Source of the DNA: Octopus bimaculoides
Taxonomy: Eukaryota
NCBI RefSeq assembly: GCF_001194135.2
Contig: NC_068998.1
Coordinates: 1,829,302 to 1,891,476 of the forward strand
DNA: 62,175 bases
Direction of reading: 5' to 3'
Part shown: positions 14,498 to 27,508 of the stretch, piece after piece
Layout of the letters: each line of letters opens with the position of its first letter
Numbering within the stretch: the first letter of the stretch is position 1
Program-made: the position numbers and the translations under genes
The notes under the pieces: generated by a model
Told to the model about the DNA's origin: nothing
Seen by the model: only the letters and a program-made list of their open reading frames with translations
Databases searched by the model: none

Positions 14498-15538
14498 CAT
14501 GACATAGAATGTGACAAGGCTGGCCCCCTTTGAATTACAGGTACAACTCATCTTTTGGCAGCTGAGTGGAACAACATGAAATAAAGTGTCTTGCCCAAGG
14601 ACACAATGTGCCACCAGGAATCAAACTCACAACCTTAACGACATGCCCCTATATACATTCTGTATATAAATAGCTTCTACACAGTAATCCGTGCTTCAAA
14701 TGAAACTCATTCCAGTAGCCAAACTTCTGCGTTCATTCCAGTCTGTCTTTTCTCACTTCACTGGACCAAAGAATTAATCTGTTCCCAGTAGTTACCATTT
14801 TAACGCTCGCTGCCACCACCACCTCCCGTTCAAGGTACCAGTTTCACTTGGATGTAGGAGAGAATCCTGCAGAGTCTGCATTACTGGAATGCTGCATGGC
14901 AGGGGAGCAGGGGGTTGAGGGACTGACACTAATACACACCCCCTCCTCCATTGCTATATTTAAGGATGGTGGGTCCATTTGCTTGCTCTGCTTCTCTCTC
15001 TCTTTCTCTCAGTCAACTTCATCCGAGTCTGCCATCTGTAAGGGGATGTAGGTTAGTTTCAATGCGAAGATCAGAACATGTGTTGCAGCTGTCTGCCAAC
15101 CTCCTCCTCCTCCTATCCCTCATTGCTTTCGAAATAGATCTTTCAACACAACCTGGAGGTGTGTGTGTGTGTATTTTGGGGGTTGTTTTTTTTTTTCTAT
15201 ATTCTTGAAGTGGGTTAGGGTTTCATGGTTCTGGTTAAGAATTAAAAATAGTAACCTGACTCACAGTAAACTAGATGGGAGCATCTATGTCCCTGTCAGT
15301 TGCAATACTGGCATCACAGGAACACTGGCAGAGTTTTCTTTACTCGTGTGTGTGTGTGTGTGTGTGACTCAGTGGTTTGGCCATTTGGCTCATGATTGTA
15401 AGGTTGTGAGTTTGATTCCTGGTGGCACATTGTGTCCTTGGGCAAGACACTTTATTTCATGTTGTTCCACTCAGCTGCCAAAAGATGAGTTGTACCTGTA
15501 ATTCAAAGGGGGCCAGCCTTGTCACATTCTATGTCATG
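14498..15538. repeat. Perfect 140-bp inverted repeat, 761-bp spacer
   Basis: 14498-14637 is the exact reverse complement of 15399-15538 (compared in 10-bp blocks, 140/140). Confidence 0.95.
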
Positions 15539-15650
15539 CTGAATCTCCCTGAGAACTACATTCAGGGTACATGTGTCTGTGGAGTGCTCAGCCACTTGCA
15601 CGTTGATTTCATGAGCAGGTTGTTCTGTTGATCGGACGGGGTTGGTCTCT
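15365..15650 (+). mobile_element. SINE family C (my label; tRNA head plus CORE-like tgtccttgggcaagacacttt block)
   Basis: Head tgactcagtggtt...agtttgattcc. Related copies at 14498-14650(-), 15785-16115, 25860-25990 and 33130-33250. Confidence 0.75.
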
Positions 15651-15784
15651 TGCTACTTTGAGTCTCCCCTAAGGGTACAAAGGACTTCCAGCCGAGTCAC
15701 GACTCTGTTTTGCACCCACCCACAAAACTCAGAATAGCAAGAGACTGACTCAACCAAAATTCAAATATTATCAATCTCTTCAAT

Positions 15785-16115
15785 GGTGGCTCAGTGGTTA
15801 GAGCGTTGGACTCGCAATCATGAGGTAGAGAGTTTGATTCCCAGAGCAGGCTATGTGTTATGCTCTTGAGCAAGACTCTTTATTTCATGTTGTTCCAGTT
15901 CACTCGGCTGTAGAAATGAGTTGTGACATCACTGGTGCCAAGCTGTATCGACCCCTTTGCCTTTCCCTTGGATAACACTGGTGGCATGGAGAGGGGAGGC
16001 TGAGATGCATGGACGACTGCTGCGCTTCCATAAATAACCTTGCCTTGACTTGTGCCTTGGAGGGTAACTTTCTAGGTCCAATCCCATGGTCATTCTTGAC
16101 CGAAGGACGTCTTTA
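15785..16115 (+). mobile_element. SINE family C-related copy with a different 3' half
   Basis: Intact A box tggctcagtgg (15787-15797), decayed B box; shares cttgagcaagac.ctttatttcatgttg with 15365-15650. Confidence 0.75.
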
Positions 16116-17959
16116 TGCATATATATGTGTGTGTGTATGTGTTTACATCTCCGTAACTTAGCAGTTCGGCAAAAGACACCGATACAATAAGTACTAGGCT
16201 TACAAAGAATAAGTCCTGGGGTCGATTTACTCGACTAAAGGCGGTGCTCCAGCAAGGCCACAGTCAAATGACTGAAACAAGTAAAAGAATATTTATATAT
16301 TATTGATCCTACTCTGTTCTAACCAAGTCAGTTCAACTGTTCTGGTAGAGAAAGCATGTTTAATGATCAAAATATCCAACAAAAACTAATCTGTACTCTG
16401 GGATGTTGTGAATAAAATTAATCATAATCGGTTTTAACGATTAACTGAGTTTTTCACTTACATGAAATAACGATTATAACCAAATTTAGAAATTCAGTGG
16501 ACTCTTTTTGATATAAAGCTATTTTCTCCTGACGTTTCTTTGACACTGATTGAGTGAAGTTTTTTTGGTATTGACCCAGGATGGCATTAATGTCATAAAT
16601 ATGAGATGAAGAAATAAGCAAGAGGAAAATAATGAAAATTTAAATATGTATGAATATAGATGGAGATATAGGGAGTTGCAACGTGGATGTGTGGTTAGGG
16701 AGCTTGCCTTGCAACTATGTGGTTTTGGGTTCAGTCCCAATGTCCAGTACTTGAGGCAAGTGTCTTGTAAGTGAATTTGGTAAGCAGAAACTGTATAGAA
16801 GCCTATTTGTGTGTGTTTGTGGCTTCATTATTTGAAAACTTGTGTTGACTTCTTTGCATTTTTGTAACTTAGCAGTTCAGCCAAAGAGACCAATAGAAGA
16901 AATGTAAAAAATAAGCTCTGGGGTTGATTTGTTTGATTAGACTCCTCGAGTCAGTGCCCCAGCATGGCTACAGTTCAATAACTGAAACAAGATATATATT
17001 AATATTGAATATTACAAAAAAAAAAATATTAGTGATAATGTTTCTGTGTATCTAAAGAGCGTTAGGTCTTTGCTAAAGTCTGGTAAGTTTCTACCAAAGT
17101 GTTGTAGTGAAAATGGTACTCCCCCCAACCCACATGACAAAGTGGTATGACAAGCCACTATAAAGTCAGATAGTCGTTCATTGTAGAAGTCAGCAGAAGT
17201 AGAGTCATTGTACGAATTCTCAGTTGGAGTTAGTGTCAGTTCCATGGTATATATGAGTTTGAGGTGCCATATTTTTATTTGTGTCTGTGGCCTTGCTGAG
17301 ACACAGCCAATCACATTGACAACCACCCACCAACTCTAAGTGCTTATTTCATTGATCTTTGTATGTTGAATTGCGTGCACATACACACACACACACTAGA
17401 CTAATAGTGTGTGTGTGTGTGTGTGTGTGTGTAGACAGTATGACTGAATGGTTATGAAGCTTTTTTCTCAGTAATGAGATCCTAGGTTCAATCCTACTCC
17501 ATGGCATCTTTTTGCTAATATTTTTTCCCATAATTCCAAGGCCCAGTTTTTACACACGTTTTATACTGATTCTGCTCAAGGATTATATTCAGGATATATA
17601 TGTCTGTGGAATACTCAACCATTTTCTCAATAATTCAATGAGACAAGTGGTAGGCCAGTTGATCAAATAACTGAACACTCATAATTGGAAATTCTCAACA
17701 AGATGCATTTACACACACACACACACATACATACATTCATATATATTCACACACACATACATATATGCTCACACAGATATATACATAGATATATGTATAC
17801 ACACAGATATATACATACAAATGTGCACATACACACATACATGTGTGTGTGTGTACATATTTGTATGTTTATGTCTATGTGTGTACGTATATGTATGCTT
17901 ATGTGTGCATATATGTATGTATGTGTGCGTGTGTGAAAATGTTTGCTTATGTGTACATA

Positions 17960-18015
<56 letters not shown>

Positions 18016-18215
18016 TATGATTGGGTGTGTTTATATGATATATGCGTTTGTGTATACATATGCCTGCAAGAGGTAACGTGTGTGTTCCTTATTCCCCTCC
18101 ACCACCACACACACCCTATCTTGCCACTTCTTCTAAATGTGTATTTAATTAGCGTCATTCCTCCATAGTCTACTTAACACCTGAAGATTTAGTATTTAAC
18201 GAGACTGCTTTGTCT

Positions 18216-18279
<64 letters not shown>

Positions 18280-19689
18280 CAGTCACATCTAATACTTTTC
18301 TAAGTTGCTATTGTATACAAGCTAATAAAGCTGCATCAGTCGCACAGTGTGTGTGTATAGTTGTATAAGCATTAATGGTGTTATGTGTGCATGTCTGTAT
18401 ATACTGTTCATGTTTATACAGGTGTGTGAGTGAATATACTTCAGTTAATATGTATAAAATAATGCCATTAAATATGTGTGTATATAACTTATTTATTTCT
18501 TCCTCCCATTTAACTCTCCCATACCATGTCTGATGATGGGATATCCCTCATATCCCTGAAACGGCTGTAATATTACCCTTCTCTTTATAAAATATCCTAG
18601 AAATTTCACACTACCTTAGCTTTGTTGTCTCATTTTATTTAACCTATATATATATATATATATACATTATATANNNNNNNNNNNNNNNNNNNNNNNNNNN
18701 NNNNNNNNNNNNNNNNNNNNNNNNNNNNNNNNNNNNNNNNNNNNNNNNNNNNNNNNNNNNNNNNNNNNNNNNNACACAGTTGTGTATATATGTTTAAGTT
18801 GCACTTTGCTTTTAAAAAACACTGACCCCCAAGCCTGAACCTGGCTGTGTGGTAAGGAGGTCTGCTTCACAACCCAATGATTCTAGGTTCGATCCCAGGA
18901 CATGGTACTTTGAGTATGGGTCGTCTACTGTAACTTCAAACAGACCAATAGCTCTGTGTAGAGGGGGACAAACATGCACACAAAAACCCACAGATGCGTA
19001 CATTTACATATGTAGGTGTGTGGAAGCTTGTCATATATGTGGCGAGCTTCCACACAGTTTCCATCAGCCAATATTGCTCACAAGACATTGGTCAACCCAA
19101 GGCCACAGTAGAAGACATTTGCCCCAAGGTGCAGCACAGTGGTATTGAACCTGTAACCCTGGGATTGCAAAGCAAGCTTCTGAACCACATGGCCAGAACC
19201 CTCCTGAACCCTCAAACTTTTTTTTTGTTTTGTTTTCCTCGTTGTTTTTAATTCTACAAGTCTTAAGAAATGACCCTGGAAAAATGGCAAACCAGAAGGG
19301 AGGGAGGGAGGTCCTGTTGTTTGTCTTGAAATAGATGATGGTGGTGGACTGGATGGAAGTGGTGCTGTTAGTTCCCATTATCATTTGTAGTTTATGATGA
19401 TGGTAAGAGTAGAAACAATGAGCAGTGGTGGTGGTGGTGGTGGTGGTTGTCATTGTCATCACCACCATGGTGGTGGTGGTGGTCCTGTATTATCCACCCA
19501 ATGTCTTAAATTTGTTTTTATCAATTATTTACAAGATGTCTGCTAAGGAGTTTTGCAATCATCGTTTTTTGCTAAAACCATTCTCTCAGCCACAAAAACC
19601 AGCCGGCACCGGCGTCAGCATCCTCATCTTCGTCCATCTCTCCTCACCAATCACTGACTCATCAAATATGGCTGCTGGCACTCCATAAT

Positions 19690-19697
19690 TCTTTCAT

Positions 19698-19730
<33 letters not shown>

Positions 19731-20010
19731 TTCTAGCTTTCTTTATTCTCTCTATTTTCTTTCTCTCCCTCCCTTACTCCCTCTCTTAAATTCTCCAGCT
19801 ACCATTATCTCTCTATATCTATTTTACCTTTGCTCTCTCTTCCCCCCCTCTCTCTTCCCCCTCTCTCTCTCTCTCCGTCACTTTCTCTTTCTTTCTCTCT
19901 TTCTAACTTTCTCTGTTCTCTCTTTGTTCTTCCCTCTCTTACTCCCTCTCTCTCTAGCTATCACCATCTCTCTATTTATATCTATTTCTCTTTTGCTCTC
20001 TCCCTCTCTC
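19690..20010. repeat. Polypyrimidine/(CT)-rich low-complexity tract
   Basis: About 320 bp, almost all C/T on the + strand. Similar tracts at 22290-22960, 35700-35790 and 39610-39690. Confidence 0.9.
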
Positions 20011-20429
20011 ACCAATGGCTACAGCACAAAAGCAACAAAAGCAAACCAAACCAGGAAACACCGAAGGGGGAGGAGTGCAGCAGGGTGGGTGGGGTGTGTG
20101 GAGGCTGATGCAAGCTGCACCAGATGTAAACAACATTGTTGTCTGTTTATTGGAGTCTGCAGTCTCGGTGTGCTGGAGTGGCCTGATGGATGCAACTGGA
20201 AAGGTTTCTCATTTGGAATGCGCAGCAAGTGGATAGTCATCCTCATCACCATCATCATATCTGTCATCAGATTGATCTGCTAGAAATAGCAGTCAAATTT
20301 CATTCGGGAAATCTTTACGCCATAGATCTGCTGGACAAGAGGCTGACCTGGGGCTGAACTCCAACCTGGATAATAAATTGGCTCGGGATTTTGACCCCCT
20401 GCTAAACATCATCTTTGGTCATATAGCCG

Positions 20430-20800
20430 TAAGTGTGGCTGTGTGGTAAGAAGTTTGCTTTCCAGCCAAATGGTTCCGAGTTCAGTTCCATGGTGCGGCA
20501 CCTTGGGCAAGTGTATTTTACTATAGCCTCAGGCTGACCAAAACCTTTTGAGAGGATTTGGTAAACAGAAACTGAAAAGAAGCCCATTGTGTGTGTGTGT
20601 GTGTTTGTTTATTCCCCCCTACACACACACTGCTGGACAACTTGTGTTGGTTTGTTTATGTCCCCATAATTTAGTGATTCAGCAATAGAATAAGTACCAA
20701 GCTTACAAAATAACAAGTCCAGGGGTCAATTCATCTGACTAAAAATTCTTCGGGACAGTGCTCCAGCATGGCCACAGTCTAATGATTGAAGCAAGTAAGA
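20430..20800 (+). mobile_element. SINE family A copy
   Basis: Colinear with 8422-8830. Confidence 0.8.
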
Positions 20801-21567
20801 GAACCATTGGCCTGTTGGATCATGAGCTGTGGAATGCCAGTGATGTTTATTGTCCAGGAGGAGCTACGGAGTTATATCTCACATCTGTCTAATGAGTCAG
20901 AATCTAGAAATGATTGCTGGTCTTTGAGATTTGTCATCACCAGTGCCAAGCTAGCAGAATCAATACCAAGCTTAGCGCTTCTTCTGACATTATGTTCCAA
21001 GTTCAAACACTGCAAGGCTCAGCTTTGCCTTTCGTCCTTTCAGGGTCAATGAAATAAGTACCAGTTTAATACTGGGGTCTACGTAATTGACTTACACCCT
21101 GCCCTGAAATAGCTGGCCTTTGGCCAAAGTTTGAAACCAATATTTGTCATCACTCCAAGTTGGTCCATTATTCTCAGATTTCAGACTCTGCATAATTTAT
21201 TCTTCAAATCCATGATTTCTTCCAAATATTTCCACATATTGCCCATACACTAGAGAGATGTTGGCATCACCACTATCACCACCACCACCACCACTCATAC
21301 TACAACACAACCTCTGCCCCCACAGCCACCCTATTATCTTCGTGTCTGTCCCACCACTGATACCATAACATCAACCGCTACAACCAATATACTTCACTAC
21401 CATTACCACATCACCACCACCACCACCACCACAATTAATGCCAACACAAAAAATTAAAATGAAATTTGTTTCAAATCTAATTTTAACATTCACATGATTT
21501 ATTAAACTGTTGTATGCATATGCATGTGTATACATACATACATATATGTGTGTATGTGTTTATATAT

Positions 21568-21598
<31 letters not shown>

Positions 21599-23009
21599 GC
21601 ATACACACACACATGTACACACATATGTAAATGTATACAAGTGTGTATGTGTTTGCATTTGCATTGACTGGTTGTATATGATTCTAGCAATGTGTGGATA
21701 TTGAGTATTGTATGCAAATGTTCACACACACACAGCAAGTCAACATGAGCATATATATATATATATATATATATATANNNNNNNNNNNNNNNNNNNNNNN
21801 NNNNNNNNNNNNNNNNNNNNNNNNNNNNNNNNNNNNNNNNNNNNNNNNNNNNNNNNNNNNNNNNNNNNNNNNNNNNNNNNNNNNNNNNNNNNNNNNNNNN
21901 NNNNNNNNNNNNNNNNNNNNNNNNNNNNNNNNNNNNNNNNNNNNNNNNNNNNNNNNNNNNNNNNNNNNNNNNNNNNNNNNNNNNNNNNNNNNNNNNNNNN
22001 NNNNNNNNNNNNNNNNNNNNNNNNNNNNNNNNNNNNNNNNNNNNNNNNNNNNNNNNNNNNNNNNNNNNNNNNNNNNNNNNNNNNNNNNNNNNNNNNNNNN
22101 NNNNNNNNNNNNNNNNNNNNNNNNNNNNNNNNNNNNNNNNNNNNNNNNNNNNNNNNNNNNNNNCTGACTTCTGGAAGTTTCCTGCTATGTTACCTACCCA
22201 CCCTGTGTCTCACACACACACACACACACACACATAAACTCATATATATACACACAGTTAAACACACACACATACAGTCACTTGCATTTACTCCACCCAC
22301 CACCCCTGCCACTTTCTCTCCTCCACCCTGTTCTCTCACCTGCCTCCTTTGTTGTTCTCTCCTACCCCAACCCTATTCTTCCTCTTACTTCTTCTCGCCC
22401 CCACCCTTCCAACTATTCCCCTTTTCAACATGTTTCCTCCCACCACCGTTATCCCTCCCCCACCTCCTTTCATTACTATACTCTACAGGTTTCCTCTCAC
22501 CATCCCTCATCATTCAACTTTTCTATTAATCCACCTTTGTCTCTCTCTCCTCCTCCTCCTCCTCGCCATGGCACCTCAGTATATCCTTGTATTACTCTTC
22601 TTCCCCACCACCACAACTCCTCCTTTCTCTTCAGGGTTTTTTTTTAACCACCACTCTATCAAATAAAACCCTATAATTTGCCTTTGTTACCCCACTTTTC
22701 ATTGCCACTCCTGTCATATATTCTTTATTCCCTCTCTCTCTCTTACCCCAGTTTTAACCACAAATCCAATATCTTCTTTGTATTTCTCCTTTGTTACTTC
22801 ATTTTTTCCCCCTGCTTCTCTTCCAGTTGTATCTTCCTTATAATTCTCAACCATTATTCCTGTCATTTTTTTCCCCTGTATTTCTCTTACTCTACTTTTC
22901 ACCACAATTCCACTCATATTTATTCTCTGTAATTTTCTCTGTTACCCCACTTTTTTTTTTTTTTTGCCTCTGTTCCAGTCATATTTTCCCTATAATTCTC
23001 CTTCATTAC

Positions 23010-23259
23010 CCTAAACACCAGCTTAACGACAAATTTATTTCACAAAATTCTTCATTATTTTCAAAATCAATTGCAACAAAGGTCATATATTTCATTAGAA
23101 ATATGGTAACAAAAGGGTTAAAGTGATCTAAATTAGGTCCTCCCATTAAAATTTTATATTCCAAACTCAAGCTTAAAAATGAGAAAGAACTTTTACTAAA
23201 TTCTTCATTATTTTCAAAATGAATTCATTTCAGCAGAAATATTGTACCAAAAGGATTAA
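23010..23259 (+). mobile_element. Same TTAA-ended MITE family, two tandem right arms
   Basis: Shares ttcttcattattttcaaaat and a 32-bp exact junction sequence with 1204-1235. Confidence 0.6.
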
Positions 23260-23649
23260 ACAGAAATCCTTTGTAGAATGTCTCTATTTCTTCAACATGG
23301 TTTATTCTCTATTCAGAGAAATTACCAGAAAATCTCCAAGACATTAATTTATTGTCCTGCTATTTATTTTCACATAACTTTTTGCTTTTGTCCCATAAAA
23401 AATCTAATAATAATGATGATGGTGATTCAAATCCCACAAGCATCATCTTAGCTAAACATCCATTTCTAAAGGGGTGGGGAGAGGGTCAATTAATCAGGCT
23501 CATCTAATCGGGTGTATATCTTCATAAATTGTACAGTTTTGTGTCTTTATTAGAAAATTGTCATCATCAATCTCATGTTGTTGTTGTTGGTTCTTTATGT
23601 TCTGAGTTCAAATCCCACTGAGGTCAAGTTTGCCTTTCATCCTTTCGTC

Positions 23650-23895
23650 AAGCAAATCGACTCCAGGACTTATTCTTTGTAAGCCTCATACTTATTCTAT
23701 CGGTCTCTCTTGCTGAACCACTAAGTAACTCTGACATGAACACACCAGCATCAGTTGTCAAGCGATGTTGGGGGGAGAAACACAAAATACACACACGCAC
23801 ACACATATATATACAATGGGCTTCTTTCAGTTTCCATTTACCAAATCCACTCACAAGGCTTTGGTCGGCCTGAGGCTATAGTAGAAGACATGACT
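23650..23895 (-). mobile_element. SINE family A copy, 5'-truncated
   Basis: Reverse complement of the family A body. Confidence 0.8.
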
Positions 23896-26159
23896 TATGG
23901 ATTCTTAGACAACTGCGTATGTTTTCCATGCTAGCATGGGTTGGACAGCTTGAACCCATGTAAGAATGCGACATAATTTTGAGGGAAAGAGAGAAAGGAA
24001 CTCTTTATGAAAGAGGGGAGGGATTGACAGATAGTGTGAGAGATTGTTGGAACGTGTGACTGATTAATAGATATAGACAAATAGGTCTAGTTATGGATGG
24101 ACTGACAGGAAGATGGATAGAGAAAAATATGGATGGATAAGATAGATAGACAGACGGACACGGACGGATAGTATGTTGATGGACTCTGTTTAAATTTCTT
24201 CCCAAGGCAACTTTGTTGTAAAATAACTCTTTGCCTTTTTCTTTTTTTTTTAACTATGACCTTTAAAACAGGAGGGAGACAGAAAAGGGACCAGAAATGA
24301 GGATGTAATCCATTAAGTTGTCCTCCCTTGGCTACCCCCTGCCCCACTGCTTCTAACTTGAACATCACCATCATTATCACCATCATCATAAACTAGTGAC
24401 CACCACAACTGCAATAACCAATCAGAATGACTTTCATCTTTATGCCACCACCACCACCATCCCTCTCATTAATTGTTCAGTTGGCCCTTTTTCTTCTTAA
24501 CACTCACACACACACATCGCCATCACACCAGCTACCACTATACCACACACAATATCAACCCACCCCTCCATTCCTACTCCCCCCTCCCCAAGTTTTTCTT
24601 TATCTAAATTACATTTTGTAAGGTGGGGATGGTGTTAGTGGTTAGGGTATAATGTTAACCCAATTAAAAGCTTGCTGGTGGGGGTGGGGGATAGCAGTCG
24701 TGAGTGGTGGTTGTAGAGGTGGTACAGTGTTCATCCATCTAGAAGGCATGGGTGGTGGTGGTGGTGGTCATGGCGCTGGTTGTGCTGCTATTTATTTTGG
24801 TAGAGAAGTGAAAAGCTAGCTCTCTGCTGATACCAAATACAGTAAATTATACCCCCTTTTTTTTTTTAAATCAATAAATTGAACATTTTATTATTAATAT
24901 TGTAATTGTGTGGTTTTTGCTGTTTTGTGTGTGTGTGTGTGTGTGTGTGTCGTTGTTTTGACATTGCGTGGTAGTCGTAAATGAGTGTCACCTTTATACA
25001 AGCAGTGTCATTCATTTCCAATCTTCTGTGAAAACATGTCTGGTCTTGGAAATAGATGAGGGTTGGCAACAGGAAGAGCGTCCAGCTATAGAAAATAAAT
25101 CTGCCTCAGGAAACTCCATGTAAACATGAATAAATGTGACAGTTAAAAGAAAATGATCATCATCGTTATCATCATTTAACGTCTGTTGTCCATGCTGGTA
25201 TGGGTTGGACAGTTTGACTTGGTCTGGCACGGTGGAAGGCTGCACCAGACTCCAGCCTGATTTGGCATGGTTTTCTATAGCTGAATGCCCTTCTTAACGC
25301 CAACCACTCTGAGAGTGTAACAGGTGCTTTTATGTGCCACTGGTACAAGTGCCATTTGCATGACACCAGTATCTACCATGACTGCGATTTTGCTCTGCTT
25401 CATGATGCTAATAATATATACATGTGTGTGTATTTATGTGGAGCAATATGTGTATGTGGTGGGAGGAGGAGGAGGAGATTAAATATAAATACATTGTTTT
25501 CTATAAACATTATCCAACTGGAGGCAATTAAGTAATCTCGGTATTATTCCTTGGCAGGATATTCGTCACACTAAGCCATCATCATGTCAATTCTTAACTA
25601 AATGATTTCACCTTGCTTTCAGTGTAATGATGTTTTGTTAATTAGCAATTAATTAACACTCAGCTTCTCCTTGTTTCTTAACACTTTACCCTTGTGTTAC
25701 AAATCTCATCATTATTCACACATTTTCCATATTTGCAAAATCCTGTTTCTAATTATCAACTGGCTGGTGATTGTCTAGGTTATTGGTCACATCACCTCTC
25801 ACATGTAGCCATACGATAGTCTTGGTCATGTGTATTTAATCACAGCCTGGCACATGTAGGTGAAGACACATGGCCTAAATGGTTAGTGTGTTCAGCTTGT
25901 GATTATAAGGTTGTCAGTTCAGTTCATGGACTCGGCAACATGTTGTGTTCCTGAGCGTGATATCAGCTGTAAGGCAGTATGAGCCAGATGTAGCTGGTGT
26001 AGCTCTCTCTCTCTCTCTCTCACTCAATTCACCTTTTCAGTGTTTTACTGGAACACCCGAGAGATGTGGGGTAGTCTCTGTCTGCTGGTGACTCCACAGG
26101 CACCTGAGACAATTAACAAAAGCTGGTTGTTCTATATTCTTTTGTACCACTTGTAGGTT

Positions 26160-26555
26160 TTAACCCTTTCACATTCAGATTCCTGCTCTGTCAAATGTAA
26201 CATTTATTTATTCCTTTTGTTTTGAATTAATCATACATTATTTTGTAGCTTTGAAATTTCAATGATGTGATTGTTCAATTTTAGAATGACATTGTAGGGT
26301 AAGAGTGAGATGCCAGATCTGGCCAGCTTGAACATAAAACAAGTAGAATATTTGGGCCAGAGATGGTCAGTTGAACCCTTTTAGCATTTAAATCAGCCAT
26401 ATCCAGCTTGATTATTCTACCTGTTTTATATTCAAACTGACCAGATCCAGCCTCTCACACCTGCCCTACAGTGCCATTCAAAAAATATATAAACACATCA
26501 TTTGAAATCTCAAAGCTACCAGATAATGCATGATTAATTAAAAATATTGTGAATA
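26160..26555. mobile_element. Two inverted copies of a TTAAccctt(t)agcatt-ended element
   Basis: 26160-26372 (+) and 26376-26555 (-) are reverse complements over about 170 bp. A third 3' end (tttaaatgctaaatggttaa) lies at about 13930-14003. Confidence 0.65.
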
Positions 26556-26559
26556 TTCT

Positions 26560-26819
26560 TTTGTAAGCCTGGTGCTTATTCTATTGGTCTCTTTTGCTGA
26601 ACTGCTAAGTTACGGTGGGGTGACAAACACAGACACACAAATACATATATATATATATGACGGGCTTCTTTCAGTTTCCGTCTACCAAATCCACTCACAA
26701 GGCTTTGGTCAACTCAAAGCTATAGTAGAAGACACTTGCCCAAGGTGCCACACAGTGGGACTGAACCCAGAACCATGTGGTTGGGAAGCAAGCTTCTTAC
26801 CACCCAGCCACTCCTGCAC

Positions 26820-26820
<1 letters not shown>
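26560..26820 (-). mobile_element. SINE family A copy
   Basis: Reverse complement of the family A head and body. Confidence 0.8.
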
Positions 26821-26871
<51 letters not shown>

Positions 26872-27477
26872 ACAAATACATATGTCCATCTCTTATTACT
26901 GCTACAATGAGACCTTATGTAGTGACCCTCGGCAAGATGCACTTCAGCTGACAAACAACTGAGTTAGTTTACAGTCGAAGGGTTAGCACCAAGGAAACAC
27001 ACTCAACCATGAAGACAGTGGCCCTAACCTTAATGGAAATGTTAAAGTTATTGAAATCTAGCCTACATCCATCACCCATACTGCTTCCACCTACACACCC
27101 ACTTACTTCCCCTCTGTGCACCTCTACTCCATCACCACCACCCCCATCTACCCCCACATACCCAAAAGTTGCACCCTGTATACCCATGCACTCCCCTTAT
27201 GTCTGCAGCCACACTGCTGAGCTAACCAAGGAAATTTGGATTAAAAGCATTAACTGCACTTATGCTCATGTACTACGTGTGTGTGTATAGAACGAGCGGG
27301 GATTGCATGTGTGATTCTGTGTGTGTATATATATATATATATACTCACAGGAGACCAAAAGTGTACGTACGCCGCTATATATATATATATATATATACAG
27401 GCTTGTAGGTATAGCCACATATATGTACTAAAACACTCAAAATCTGTTTATCTTGTGTGTTTGTGTGCATGTATGTC

Positions 27478-27508
<31 letters not shown>

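Noticed and set aside
19924-20283. Cys-rich ORF with a hydrophobic start as a candidate ADGRA exon 1
   Set aside because: The hydrophobic part is a CT microsatellite translation, the cysteine spacing does not fit LRRNT, and there is no phase-2 donor.
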